The notes below the pieces were generated by a model. The model was not told the DNA's origin and made no database searches. It saw nothing but the letters and a program-made list of their open reading frames with translations. A stretch of 53,396 nt of DNA from an uncultured Candidatus Saccharibacteria bacterium (GTDB taxonomy: Bacteria; Patescibacteriota; Minisyncoccia; 2-02-FULL-40-12; IGHO2-12-FULL-4), in contig CAZOKW010000003.1 in the NCBI GenBank assembly GCA_964580765.1, positions 1 to 53,396 of the forward strand, in the 5' to 3' direction. Both the position numbers and the translations under genes were made by a program. Numbering within the stretch: the first letter of the stretch is position 1; each line of letters starts with the position of its first letter. Shown in pieces: positions 1-9,262 of the stretch.

Positions 1-61
1 GACATATGGAATCAGCTTACTTGGTTAAGTGATTCCAAGCTATTGGGATATTACGTTTTTA

Positions 62-90
62 TTGACTTATGTCATAAAACAGTTTATAGT
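62..90 (+). promoter_or_regulatory. sigma70-like promoter TTGACT-N17-TATAGT upstream of the moxR-like gene
   Basis: ttgact at 62-67, 17-nt spacer, tatagt at 85-90. SD aaaaggag lies 10 nt before ATGATG at 128. Confidence 0.4.
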
Positions 91-127
91 TGATAGCAGC
101 CATACTGAAGACAAAAAAGGAGAAGAG

Positions 128-838
128 ATGATGCAGACACAGTCCTTTGAAATTCCGTTAAGTCATACGGGCGAAGAGGTCAAAAAACGCATTGAGATTT
201 GCGTAGCGGAACAAATACCGGTCCTGCTGACAGGGGGAACCGGCTTGGGAAAAACCTACTTTCTTTCCCGTTTAGCCAGACAGCACAATCAGCATCTGAC
301 CAAAATAAACCAAGTGGGCTCTTCGGCCGATATGGTTTTAGGGATGCTGGTGGCCACAAATTTCACCACTCGTTGGCAGGATGGACTTTTAACTGACAAG
401 GTCCGGCACGGCGGATGGTTAAGTGTGGAGGAAATTGCCAGATTGGACCAAGAAATACAAGGAAGAATGTTCAGTTTGCTGGACACGGATGACCCGGTCC
501 TTTCTTTGGTAGAAATGGGCGAGAACTTAACTCCCCATCCTGATTTCAGGTTTTTTGCTACCACTAACGAAGGCAGCGAATATTTTGTGCGGGGCATTGA
601 TAAGGCCTTGCGCGACCGATTTTTTGTCCAAGAGTGGGGATTAGATTTCTGGAATCTGGATGTACTGGATGACCAAGTTGGTGTTGGCAAAAGTAATGGC
701 AACAAATTAAGGCAAATGCTAAGCCAAGGAGTGGTTACCCTACGAAAAGTGGTGATAGCCATCCATCTTATCCAAAAAGGATTAGAGCCCCGCCAAGCTT
801 GGACGATCTGCGGCATCAACGCCGCCATGGAGGCCTAG
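128..838 (+). CDS. MoxR/CbbQ/NorQ-like AAA+ ATPase (AAA_5 type)
   Basis: Walker A LLTGGTGLGKT, then FFATTNEG and ALRDRF sensor-like motifs. The ORF is open from 29, but the promoter at 62-90 and the SD before ATG 128 favour 128 as the start. Confidence 0.7.
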   Translation: MMQTQSFEIPLSHTGEEVKKRIEICVAEQIPVLLTGGTGLGKTYFLSRLARQHNQHLTKINQVGSSADMVLGMLVATNFTTRWQDGLLTDKVRHGGWLSVEEIARLDQEIQGRMFSLLDTDDPVLSLVEMGENLTPHPDFRFFATTNEGSEYFVRGIDKALRDRFFVQEWGLDFWNLDVLDDQVGVGKSNGNKLRQMLSQGVVTLRKVVIAIHLIQKGLEPRQAWTICGINAAMEA

Positions 839-839
839 A

Positions 840-2303
840 GTGGACCAAGCCACCCTTCAGAAAAATTTAGAATTTGTCCGGCCGGAAATTGAATGGAAAA
901 CCGTAGACAATCTGCCCCTAGCTGGCGCGCTGGCGGCTGTAAGCGTTGACCTGGGGGTTTGTTGTGTCATGATGGGGCGTATTTTCGGCGACAGCCATGT
1001 GGCTATCCATGAAATCCTGCACGCCAAAGGTTTACCCAAAGAAGACGCGCTGGAAGCGGTGGTTGGTAAATTTCCCCGGATATCCCCGGAAAAAGCCAGG
1101 GGCCTCATCTGGCTTTTGGAAGAACTGCGCGTAGAACGCCTGGTTAAAGAACGGGGCTATTTAATGCCACCAGATCGTTTTGAAAAGGCCAGCAATCTGC
1201 TTTCCGCGGCTATTGTAGAAATTTGGTCCTTGCCAATCCCCATATTATTTCCCTGGCCCGACCAAGCCAGACGTCTGGCCAAGGTGGTAATGTCTTACCA
1301 AGAACTGCCCACTACCCCTCAAAAGGTGGCGGAGTGGATGACAGACGCCCTGCCTAAAGCCTGGGAGGCCTTACAGTTAACCTCCTGGGAAAAATGGCTT
1401 TGGCGGATAACCAATCTATTCTTTAAAATTCTAAACCTTTTCCGACCAACGATTAATCCTTATGATCCTTTGTCGGAGACGGTCTTTAAGTCAAAATTTC
1501 TGGAAGAGGACCTGAAAAACGCTCTGGAAACGAAACAAAAAGAGCGCTCCGAAAGCCCTTTGGAGCAAAAAATCAAAAAACTTGATTTTTTGCCTGGCCA
1601 TTCTTATAAAAAATGGACCTCGTTTCTGTGGCCCGCTCATTCCCCCTGCCCGCCAGACACCCTTTCTATGGAAATTCCCGCTTATCTAACCAAGGCCTTA
1701 CAGGTGGGGCTTAAAAATAAGGAGCGCCGTTATTCTCGAAGCGGCCGGAAGTTAGCGGTCTCGCGCCTCCTCTCTCATGCCCCGCCTTTTGCCAAAGATT
1801 TTCTTCGCACCCAAAAAATTCTTATCTTGTTGGACTTTTCCAACAGTATGCAGAAATGGCTGGAACCAATGCTCCAGGTGGTGGCCGCCATGGCCGTTAG
1901 CACGGATTTTGAGGTGATGGCTTACAGCGCTGATGAGAAGCGATTTATTCTGCATTTAATCTACAGCGACGGGTATTTTTCTCATGCCGTTCACTACCAA
2001 GTTGGCAATGCCGATTGCGCCACGTTTTATCTGGCCAGGCATCTTCAGATAGATTACGATAAAATGATTATCATCGGCGATATGAGATTTAACGGCCCGT
2101 CTCCCTTTGACAAAAATCCTAGCAAACTTTTCTATCAATCCCTTAGTGAACTTAAAGAATTAGTTAAGGGTAAACGCGTTTCAGTAATTAGCCCTCAAAA
2201 AGTACCAGAAGGCATCCATTCTATTTTGGGAAATCGGTCAAGTGTATTTAAAAACAAAGAAGAACTCAAAAAAATACTAGAAACACAAATTCGCGCCTAT
2301 TAA
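840..2303 (+). CDS. VWA-domain protein, CoxE/NorD-like partner of the MoxR ATPase
   Basis: GTG start abuts the ATPase stop. C-terminal half carries ILILLDFSNSM (DxSxS MIDAS-like). The adjacent AAA_5 ATPase is the classical pairing. Confidence 0.6.
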   Translation: MDQATLQKNLEFVRPEIEWKTVDNLPLAGALAAVSVDLGVCCVMMGRIFGDSHVAIHEILHAKGLPKEDALEAVVGKFPRISPEKARGLIWLLEELRVERLVKERGYLMPPDRFEKASNLLSAAIVEIWSLPIPILFPWPDQARRLAKVVMSYQELPTTPQKVAEWMTDALPKAWEALQLTSWEKWLWRITNLFFKILNLFRPTINPYDPLSETVFKSKFLEEDLKNALETKQKERSESPLEQKIKKLDFLPGHSYKKWTSFLWPAHSPCPPDTLSMEIPAYLTKALQVGLKNKERRYSRSGRKLAVSRLLSHAPPFAKDFLRTQKILILLDFSNSMQKWLEPMLQVVAAMAVSTDFEVMAYSADEKRFILHLIYSDGYFSHAVHYQVGNADCATFYLARHLQIDYDKMIIIGDMRFNGPSPFDKNPSKLFYQSLSELKELVKGKRVSVISPQKVPEGIHSILGNRSSVFKNKEELKKILETQIRAY

Positions 2304-2314
2304 GAGAAGTCCTT

Positions 2315-2341
2315 AACCCGAGCTATCGGGTTTTCTTTTTG
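2315..2341 (+). terminator. rho-independent terminator after the VWA gene
   Basis: Hairpin aacccgagctatcgggtt followed by ttttcttttt. Confidence 0.6.
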
Positions 2342-2366
2342 TCCAAAAAATGTTAAATTTACTAGC

Positions 2367-2436
2367 CAGAGGCGTAGTGGGTACAGTTTTTGTTTTAAGA
2401 TATTAAAACGAAAACTATGTACCCCGAAAGCCTCTC
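2367..2436. repeat. family-1 covarying hairpin element, divergent copy, 7 nt upstream of the alaS start
   Basis: ggcgtagtGGGTACAGTTTT ... AAAACTATGTACCCC with an outer agaggc/gcctct stem. The arms match the other family-1 copies with compensatory substitutions. Confidence 0.55.
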
Positions 2437-2442
2437 GCGATT

Positions 2443-4095
2443 ATGACTCATCAAGAAATTAGAAAAAAGTTCATAAACTTCTTCAAAGAAAAAGGGCATG
2501 TGCTGGTGCCGTCTTCTTCGCTTGTTCCGGCTGATCCTTCGGTGCTTTTTACGACCGCCGGCATGCAGCAATTTAAACCATATTACACCGGTGAAGCCGA
2601 CCCGGAAAAAGATTTTGGCTCCAAAAATGTTATCTCAATTCAAAAATGCCTCCGCACCTCCGATATAGACGAGGTGGGGGATGAGTCCCACCTGACCTTT
2701 TTTGAAATGTTGGGAAATTTTTCTTTTGGCGGATACGGGAAAAAAGAAGCTATTCAATATGCTCACGAATTTATTACCAAGGAAATTGGACTGGAGATAG
2801 ATTATGTAACTGTTTTTGAGGGAGATACAGACATATCCGCCGACACAGAGTCAGAAGAAATATGGAAATCATTAGACCCTTCTCTGGAAATTAAAAAATC
2901 GGGCAAGAAAGATAATTTCTGGGGACCGACCGGAGATGCGGGCCCCTGCGGTCCCACTACCGAGATTTATGTGAACGGAGTGGAGGTTTGGAATCTCGTT
3001 TTTAACCAATACTATCAAAACAAAGATAAAACCCTGAACGAGCTCAAAATAAAAGGCATCGATACTGGCATGGGACTAGAGCGTCTGGCCATGGTCTCAC
3101 AAGGCGCACCGAATATCTTTGGATCCGATCTTTTTGCCTTTGGGAAAGAATTGCCAAGGATTATTGCTGATCACGCCAGGGCTATTGCATTTCTTATTTC
3201 TGATGGAGTATTGCCATCAAATAAAGAACAAGGCTACGTTTTACGACGCTTAATACGACGAATCATGGTTAAGAGTGGTGAACATACTGATCTTCGCGAT
3301 TTATTTAATTCAATCATTAGAGAATATAGACCTTTTTATGACAACTTGGATGAAAATAGAATATGGGAGGTATTTCAGACAGAAGCCGAAAAATTTTGGA
3401 AAACAATGGCCAAAGGACTTGGGGAACTCAATAAATTCGAATCCATTGATGCGCCAACTGCCTTTAAACTTTACGAGAGCTATGGTTTGCCCTATGAGAG
3501 CATTAAAGATTCCGGGAAGGCAAAAGATTTGACTCGCGAGAAATTCGACGAAGAATTTAAGAAGCATCAAGAAATTTCTAGAGCGGGAGCGGAAAAAAAA
3601 TTCGGAGGACACGGATTACTTCTAGATACAGGGGAAATTAAGGCGGTCACGGAAGAGGAAGTTAAGATTGTCACCCGCCTGCATACGGCTACCCACCTCT
3701 TGCATGCCTCGTTAAGAAAAATTCTCGGCGAAGAAGTTAAGCAAGCCGGTTCTGATATTACCGCCGAACGACTCCGATTTGATTTTACTTTTCCCAAAAA
3801 ATTAACCCCCGAAGAGCTGGAAAAAGTGGAAGATTTGGTAAACGAGGTGATTAAACAGGACTGGCCTGTTACCAAAGAAGAGATGCCTTATGAAGAAGCT
3901 ATAAAAACCGGGGCTTTGAGTTTTTTCAAACAGAAGTACCCCGAAGTCGTAAGTATTTACTCGGTGGGGGACTTTTCCAAAGAGCTTTGCGGCGGCCCTC
4001 ATGTTTCCCATACCGCCGTCATCGGCCGTTTTAAAATCATTAAGGAGGAAGCAGTTTCCGCCGGCACTCGAAGAATCAGAGCAGTAATATCCTAA
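2443..4095 (+). CDS. alaS: alanyl-tRNA synthetase, compact 550-aa form
   Basis: N-terminal FTTAGMQQFKPYY and GPCGPTTEIY catalytic motifs. Editing-domain HTATHLLH and CGGPHVSHT motifs lie at the C-terminus. No C-Ala domain. Confidence 0.85.
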   Translation: MTHQEIRKKFINFFKEKGHVLVPSSSLVPADPSVLFTTAGMQQFKPYYTGEADPEKDFGSKNVISIQKCLRTSDIDEVGDESHLTFFEMLGNFSFGGYGKKEAIQYAHEFITKEIGLEIDYVTVFEGDTDISADTESEEIWKSLDPSLEIKKSGKKDNFWGPTGDAGPCGPTTEIYVNGVEVWNLVFNQYYQNKDKTLNELKIKGIDTGMGLERLAMVSQGAPNIFGSDLFAFGKELPRIIADHARAIAFLISDGVLPSNKEQGYVLRRLIRRIMVKSGEHTDLRDLFNSIIREYRPFYDNLDENRIWEVFQTEAEKFWKTMAKGLGELNKFESIDAPTAFKLYESYGLPYESIKDSGKAKDLTREKFDEEFKKHQEISRAGAEKKFGGHGLLLDTGEIKAVTEEEVKIVTRLHTATHLLHASLRKILGEEVKQAGSDITAERLRFDFTFPKKLTPEELEKVEDLVNEVIKQDWPVTKEEMPYEEAIKTGALSFFKQKYPEVVSIYSVGDFSKELCGGPHVSHTAVIGRFKIIKEEAVSAGTRRIRAVIS

Positions 4096-4099
4096 TCTT

Positions 4100-4178
4100 G
4101 TTAGAGATCAGGCGGAGTGGGAACACTTTTGTGAGCGCCGTCGAATCAAAAGTATGTTCCCCGGAGCATGATCTCTAA
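4100..4178. repeat. family-1 hairpin element
   Basis: Perfect 12-bp outer inverted repeat tgttagagatca/tgatctctaaca enclosing ggcggagtgggaacactttt...aaaagtatgttccccggagc. Confidence 0.65.
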
Positions 4179-4254
4179 CATATTGTTGACATTTTGGCTT
4201 TGAATCTCTCTCAAAAAGCTATAAACTATAAACTAAGAACTATAAACTTCTTTT

Positions 4255-5868
4255 ATGGGGTCTACTAAGATTATCAATGTCCTCAAAAACGATAATTTCG
4301 AGGATGTTTTGGATGCCTTTCAAAAAACCGAAGCCGAGGAGGTCATCTTTATTTTCCCCAAAAATTCCTTATTGTCCAAGAAAGAACAACATTTCGCCCA
4401 ACTGGCCAGTGAGGCCGAAAAAACCAATAAACAAATCAGCGTCATAACGGCCGACCAAAACATCGAAAATTATGCCGAAAAATATGGCCTGCGGTTTATG
4501 GCCCAGCCGATTAAAAGTAAAAAGACCCCAGTTCTAGCCAAAATTGAGGCTAAGCCTCAATTAGAAGAAGTAGACAATGGACTTGGCGATGAGACAGAGA
4601 ACCACGAGGAACAATTAGCCGAATTGACCATGGCCAGCCCGAGGAAAACTTCCAAAACCGGAACGGCTAACAAGAAATTAGAAAAACTGGAAAGTTTTTG
4701 GGGAGGGTTTAATTTATCCTTGATTAAAAGAGGCGGGGGGCACCATAAATTAAATCTCCTTTTAATTTCTTCGGCTGTGGCCGCACTTCTTTTGACTTTG
4801 TTCATATTTTTAGGAAACGCCCAGATAATTATCAAACCGCAAAAACAAAAAATCCATTTTGAACTACCTGTATCTGTTTCGACCAACCTTGCTAAAACCG
4901 ATGCTATGGCAAACCAAATTCCCGGACAATTTCTGGCTTTTCGGGCCGATGTTTCCAAAGATTTTCCCTCCACCGGCGAAGAGGAGTTGGTCAGAAAAGC
5001 CAGAGGAGAACTTACCGTTTTTAATAATTTTAATTCCGATCCCCAAGGGTTAAGGGCCACCACCCGTTTTGAATCATCAAAAGGTTTAATTTTTAGAACG
5101 CCTCGGGCGATTATCGTCCCCGGAGCCAAACTGGTTAACGGCAAACTCGTTCCCGGCTCAATGACCGTCGAGGTGATTGCCGATAAACCTGGCCAGGAAT
5201 ACAATATTAATGCCGATCGTTTCACCATTCCCGGTTTTGCCGGTACGCCCAAATTTGAAGGTTTTTACGCCGAATCTTCCCAGCCAATGAGCGGGGGAAT
5301 GATTGGCCTCTCTAAAGTGGTAACCGAAAAGGACTTTAATTCGGCTAAGGACCTGGTAACCAAAGAATCCCTGGCCAAATCTCTGGAAAATTTAAAAACT
5401 AAAAAAGGGGAGCTGGAAATTGTTGAACCGATTACCAACAACATTATCTCCCTCAAATCTACGGCAGAAATAGACGATTCCGCCGATGGTTTTGCTATCG
5501 CCGCTACGGCCGAGGCGAAAACAATCGGTTTCTCCAAAGAAGATCTTCTCAAACTGATTGAGGCCTCCCTCAATAAAAACGGCCGTTGGATGCTTTTGGA
5601 AGAAGGTCTGCGGGTAGATTACACAAATATTAAATTTGATTTTGCCAAAAACACCCTAAACTTTACCGCTACGACTACCGGAACAGCGGTGGCCAGAATT
5701 GAAGAAGAAAAAATTATTGACGGCTTACCGGGCTTAAAACAAAACAAAATAGAAAATTACCTTTTAGGCTTTAAAGAAATTGAGTCGGCCCGGGTGATCC
5801 TTTCCCCTTTTTGGGTTAAAAGCATTCCCAAAGACAAACAAGATATACGAATAAAAATCGTCTATTAA
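4255..5868 (+). CDS. hypothetical single-pass membrane protein (537 aa)
   Basis: Long ORF preceded by tataaact repeats. One hydrophobic helix LLLISSAVAALLLTLFIFLG after a roughly 165-aa N-terminal region. No recognisable motifs. Confidence 0.5.
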   Translation: MGSTKIINVLKNDNFEDVLDAFQKTEAEEVIFIFPKNSLLSKKEQHFAQLASEAEKTNKQISVITADQNIENYAEKYGLRFMAQPIKSKKTPVLAKIEAKPQLEEVDNGLGDETENHEEQLAELTMASPRKTSKTGTANKKLEKLESFWGGFNLSLIKRGGGHHKLNLLLISSAVAALLLTLFIFLGNAQIIIKPQKQKIHFELPVSVSTNLAKTDAMANQIPGQFLAFRADVSKDFPSTGEEELVRKARGELTVFNNFNSDPQGLRATTRFESSKGLIFRTPRAIIVPGAKLVNGKLVPGSMTVEVIADKPGQEYNINADRFTIPGFAGTPKFEGFYAESSQPMSGGMIGLSKVVTEKDFNSAKDLVTKESLAKSLENLKTKKGELEIVEPITNNIISLKSTAEIDDSADGFAIAATAEAKTIGFSKEDLLKLIEASLNKNGRWMLLEEGLRVDYTNIKFDFAKNTLNFTATTTGTAVARIEEEKIIDGLPGLKQNKIENYLLGFKEIESARVILSPFWVKSIPKDKQDIRIKIVY

Positions 5869-5931
5869 CGGGGAATTTGACTTTTTATTGCTAATTTGAT
5901 AACATTTCCAAATCTATAGAAAAGCCCTTAT

Positions 5932-6147
5932 TTGCCAGAAAAAGATATAAAACCAAAAACAGGGGGGACGGTTATTGAGGCATTGCCTGATACCACCTTT
6001 AAAGTACGGCTGGAAGACGGTCGGGAGATTTTAGCGTATTTATCAGGAAAAATGCGGATGAATTACATAAAAGTAATGATGGGAGATAGGGTCACTTTAG
6101 AATTAAGTCCGGACGGAACAAGAGGTAGAATTATTTTTAGAGGATGA
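5932..6147 (+). CDS. infA: translation initiation factor IF-1
   Basis: TTG start. S1-like sequence [44 protein letters not shown]...GRIIFR. Confidence 0.85.
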   Translation: MPEKDIKPKTGGTVIEALPDTTFKVRLEDGREILAYLSGKMRMNYIKVMMGDRVTLELSPDGTRGRIIFRG

Positions 6148-6257
6148 AAGTTAGAGCTTCTGTTAAAAAAATCTGTCGAAATTGTAAAATTGTCCGAAGA
6201 AAGGGCAAAATTTTTTGTATTTGTAAGAATAAAAAACATAAACAAAGACAAGGATAA
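6144..6257 (+). CDS. rpmJ: 50S ribosomal protein L36
   Basis: Hand translation gives [37 protein letters not shown] (37 aa). ATGA overlap with the infA stop and TAATG overlap with the rpsM start. Absent from the ORF track because it is under 60 aa. Confidence 0.85.
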   Translation: MKVRASVKKICRNCKIVRRKGKIFCICKNKKHKQRQG

Positions 6258-6643
6258 TGGCACGAATTTCCGGGATGGTCATCCCAGACCATAAAAAAAT
6301 AAATATCGCTCTAACCTACATTTACGGCATCGGGCCTGTTTCCAGCCAACTGATTCTAAAATCGGCTGGCATTAATTCAGATAAAAAGGCCGCCGAATTA
6401 ACGGCCGAAGAAATAAATAAAATCCAAAATATCATTGATAAAAATTTCCAGGTGGGAGGAGAATTAAAACGGGAAATCGCCAAAAATATTCAGCGGCTAA
6501 GAGAAATCGGCTCTTGGCGCGGGATGCGGCATAGCCGCCGGTTGCCGATTCACGGTCGAACCAAAACAAATTCCCGTACCACCAGAGGCAACGTCAGAAA
6601 GACCATGGGCTCCGGACGCAAATCCTCAACCGAAAAGACTTAA
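6257..6643 (+). CDS. rpsM: 30S ribosomal protein S13
   Basis: [26 protein letters not shown]. Confidence 0.9.
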   Translation: MARISGMVIPDHKKINIALTYIYGIGPVSSQLILKSAGINSDKKAAELTAEEINKIQNIIDKNFQVGGELKREIAKNIQRLREIGSWRGMRHSRRLPIHGRTKTNSRTTRGNVRKTMGSGRKSSTEKT

Positions 6644-6651
6644 TTTTATAT

Positions 6652-7098
6652 ATGGGCAAAAAGCGCATAATAACTAAAGCAGAAGTTAAGGAAGAAACTT
6701 CAGCCGAAAAAAGCGGTCCGGTTTCTACTTCCAAAAAAGTGCTGAAACGTCAGGTTCTTAAAGGAATCGCCGCCATTTTTTCTTCTTACAATAATACTAT
6801 TGTTTCCATCACTGATCAGAAAGGGGAAGTGTTGTCCTGGTCTTCGGCCGGCTCGCTGGGATTTAAAGGCGCCAGAAAATCAACCCCTTATGCCGCCACG
6901 ATGGTCGCTAAAGAGGCCTTGGAAAAAGCCAAGAAATTCAATCTGTCTGAATTGGGAATTTCCGTCAAAGGAATCGGACCGGGGCGGGAAGCCGCTATCA
7001 GAGCCCTCGCTGGAACAGGATTGAACATAAACTCTTTGGTAGACAATACGCCTATTCCCCATGGCGGAGTGAGACCGCCTAAGCCGAGGAGAGTTTAA
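6652..7098 (+). CDS. rpsK: 30S ribosomal protein S11
   Basis: GIAAIFSSYNNTIVSITDQKGEVLSWSSAG...TPYAA. Confidence 0.9.
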   Translation: MGKKRIITKAEVKEETSAEKSGPVSTSKKVLKRQVLKGIAAIFSSYNNTIVSITDQKGEVLSWSSAGSLGFKGARKSTPYAATMVAKEALEKAKKFNLSELGISVKGIGPGREAAIRALAGTGLNINSLVDNTPIPHGGVRPPKPRRV

Positions 7099-7182
7099 GA
7101 AAGTTTATAGTCTAGAGTCATTAGTCAATAGAAAGAAATCTTTAAACTATGGCCTCTTGATTATAAACTGTAAACTATTTGT

Positions 7183-7818
7183 ATGGCACGATATACCGGA
7201 CCAAAAGAAAAATTAGAGAGACGCATCGGCACCAAGCTTTTTTTAAAAGGAGAGCGTTCCCTTTCCCCAAAATCAGCGACAGTTAGAAAACCCTATCCGC
7301 CCGGTATGCATGGCAAGGCTAAGTTTAAAAAATTATCGGAATATGGTCTTCAACTGCAATCCAAACAAAAAATTAAATATATTTACCGTCTTTTAGAAAA
7401 GCAGTTTAAGCGTTATGTCAAAGAGGCGATGAAGTCAAAAAAAGAAACTACCGCCCTGCTGATTAAGAACCTAGAAGAACGGCTAGACAATACGGTTTAC
7501 CGTATGGGACTGGCTCAATCCCGGGACCAAGCCCGTCAACTGGTCAACCATGGCCACATTTTGGTGAACAAAGTCAAAACAAATATTCCATCATTTAGAG
7601 TAAAAAAGGGGGACCAGATCAGTATCAGAGAAGGAAGTAAAAATACCAAATATTTTTCCGTTCTTCTGCCGGAGTGGTTCGCCAAACACGAAAGTCCGGA
7701 CTGGATTAAAGTAGAAAAAAACATCATGACAGGAACTATTGAGAAATCACCGGACATCAACAACAGCGGATTGGAATTTAAAGATATTCGGTCAATTATT
7801 GAATATTATTCAAAATAA
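7183..7818 (+). CDS. rpsD: 30S ribosomal protein S4
   Basis: MARYTGPKEKLERRIG... and the S4 domain LVNHGHILVN. Confidence 0.9.
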   Translation: MARYTGPKEKLERRIGTKLFLKGERSLSPKSATVRKPYPPGMHGKAKFKKLSEYGLQLQSKQKIKYIYRLLEKQFKRYVKEAMKSKKETTALLIKNLEERLDNTVYRMGLAQSRDQARQLVNHGHILVNKVKTNIPSFRVKKGDQISIREGSKNTKYFSVLLPEWFAKHESPDWIKVEKNIMTGTIEKSPDINNSGLEFKDIRSIIEYYSK

Positions 7819-7907
7819 AAATAAGTTATAAAGTTCATAAAGTTCATAAAGTAAAAAATTTTGACTTGATGGACTTGATAAACTTTATAACTTGATAAAC
7901 TAATATC

Positions 7908-8804
7908 ATGATTCAACTACCGGAAAAGTTATTAATTTTAAACGAAAAAGGAGATAAAATGACCTTTGAACTCTTACCTTTATATCCCGGTTACGGCATA
8001 ACCGTCGGCAATACTTTAAGAAGAATCCTTTTATCTTCCATAGAAGGCGCGGCCATTACTACCATTAAAATAAAGGGGGTCAGCCACGAATTCGCTACCA
8101 TTGAAGGCGTCTTGGAGAATGTCATTGAGATTATCATGAATATCAAGAAAATCAGATTGAAATCTTTCAACGAAGAACCGATAACTATGGAACTCAAGGT
8201 AAGCGGAGAAAAAGAAGTACTGGCTAAGGACATTAAAACAGGTCCGGATGTGGAGATAACCAACAAGGAACAGCTGATTGCCACTTTGACCAATAAGAAA
8301 GCGGAGTTAGAAATAGAATTAACCGTTGAGAAAGGCATCGGTTATGTACCAATCGAGCAAAGACAAAAAGAAAAAATTTCCGTGGGGACAATTGCCATTG
8401 ACGCCCTTTTCTCCCCCGTTAAAAACGCTAATTTTACTGTGGAAAATATCCGAGTTGGCCAAAGAACCGATTATAATAAGCTGGTATTTGAAGTGGAGAC
8501 AGATGGAATTATTTCACCAAGACAAGCAGTTCGGCAAGGATTGGACATCCTGTTAAAACATCTGGAAGTCATTGCCCAGGGATTGGGCAATGACGGTCAG
8601 GAATTGGCCAATAACGGTCAGGAATTGGGCACTAACAGTAGAGAATTGACCAATAACAGTAGAGAATTGGGCACCCCCGTACTCGCCTCGCCGAAGCCTC
8701 CGGCGGAGCGCGGGCCGGCCTTGACTTCCGTTAAGACGAAGTCCCCGGAGCCAAAAGTGGAGAAAGAGGAAAAGAAAGCGAAAAGAAAATCAAAAGAGAA
8801 ATAA
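7908..8804 (+). CDS. rpoA: RNA polymerase alpha subunit, NTD only plus repeat/lysine-rich tail
   Basis: The NTD reads GYGITVGNTLRRILLSSIEGAAIT. After about residue 225 there is no recognisable alpha-CTD, only 4 x 21-nt tandem repeats and a K/E/P-rich tail. Confidence 0.85.
   Translation: MIQLPEKLLILNEKGDKMTFELLPLYPGYGITVGNTLRRILLSSIEGAAITTIKIKGVSHEFATIEGVLENVIEIIMNIKKIRLKSFNEEPITMELKVSGEKEVLAKDIKTGPDVEITNKEQLIATLTNKKAELEIELTVEKGIGYVPIEQRQKEKISVGTIAIDALFSPVKNANFTVENIRVGQRTDYNKLVFEVETDGIISPRQAVRQGLDILLKHLEVIAQGLGNDGQELANNGQELGTNSRELTNNSRELGTPVLASPKPPAERGPALTSVKTKSPEPKVEKEEKKAKRKSKEK
8590..8673 (+). repeat. 4 x 21-nt in-frame tandem repeat in the rpoA 3' region
   Basis: caatgacggtcaggaattggc / caataacggtcaggaattggg / cactaacagtagagaattgac / caataacagtagagaattggg, encoding NDGQELA, NNGQELG, TNSRELT, NNSRELG. 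Confidence 0.8.
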
Positions 8805-8815
8805 ATTAATAATAG

Positions 8816-8899
8816 CCCTCCTGCGCTAAAGCTTCGGAAGGGCACTTCTTCGCTCTATGAAGAAATGCCTGCCCTGCGAAGCTCCGAAGGAGCGAAGAA
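8816..8899. repeat. family-3 (CCGAAGC) palindromic element in the rpoA-rplQ spacer
   Basis: ccctcctgcgctaaagcttcggaaggg plus the perfect 11-bp inverted repeat cttcttcgctc/gagcgaagaag. Its end gaaggagcgaagaaGTG supplies the SD for the rplQ GTG start. Confidence 0.55.
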
Positions 8900-9250
8900 G
8901 TGAAACACCATAAAAAAGGAAAAACTTTTGGAAGAGTAAGAAAACTGCGTGTGGCTTTAGTGCGGGATTTAATGCGCGCTTTGATAGAAAAAGAAAAAAT
9001 TATCACCACCGAGGCAAAAGCCAAAGCGCTGCGGCCAAAAATCGAAAAAGTTATCACCAGAGGAAAGCAAAAAAATATTTCCAATATAAGATTCCTGTCT
9101 TCGGAACTGGGCATGGGATTGGCCAAAAAAGTTTATGACACCTTATCTCCACGTTATCAAAATAGGGCGGGGGGATATACGAGAATTTTAAAAATAGCTC
9201 CCAGAAAAAGCGATAATTCCCTAATGGCTCTCATTGAATTCGTGAAATAA
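8900..9250 (+). CDS. rplQ: 50S ribosomal protein L17
   Basis: GTG start. GGYTRILKIAPR motif near the C-terminus. Confidence 0.85.
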   Translation: MKHHKKGKTFGRVRKLRVALVRDLMRALIEKEKIITTEAKAKALRPKIEKVITRGKQKNISNIRFLSSELGMGLAKKVYDTLSPRYQNRAGGYTRILKIAPRKSDNSLMALIEFVK

Positions 9251-9262
9251 TAACTAGCACTT

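Noticed and set aside
29-127. Upstream extension of the moxR-like ORF to position 29
   Set aside because: The extension would begin before the TTGACT-N17-TATAGT promoter at 62-90 and has no RBS, whereas ATG 128 has AAGGAG at the proper spacing. The extension is likely untranslated.
199-828. Overlapping ORFs 199-396 (+) and 289-828 (-) inside the moxR-like gene
   Set aside because: They are alternate frames and antisense of a CDS with clear Walker A and sensor motifs. No RBS or motifs were seen.
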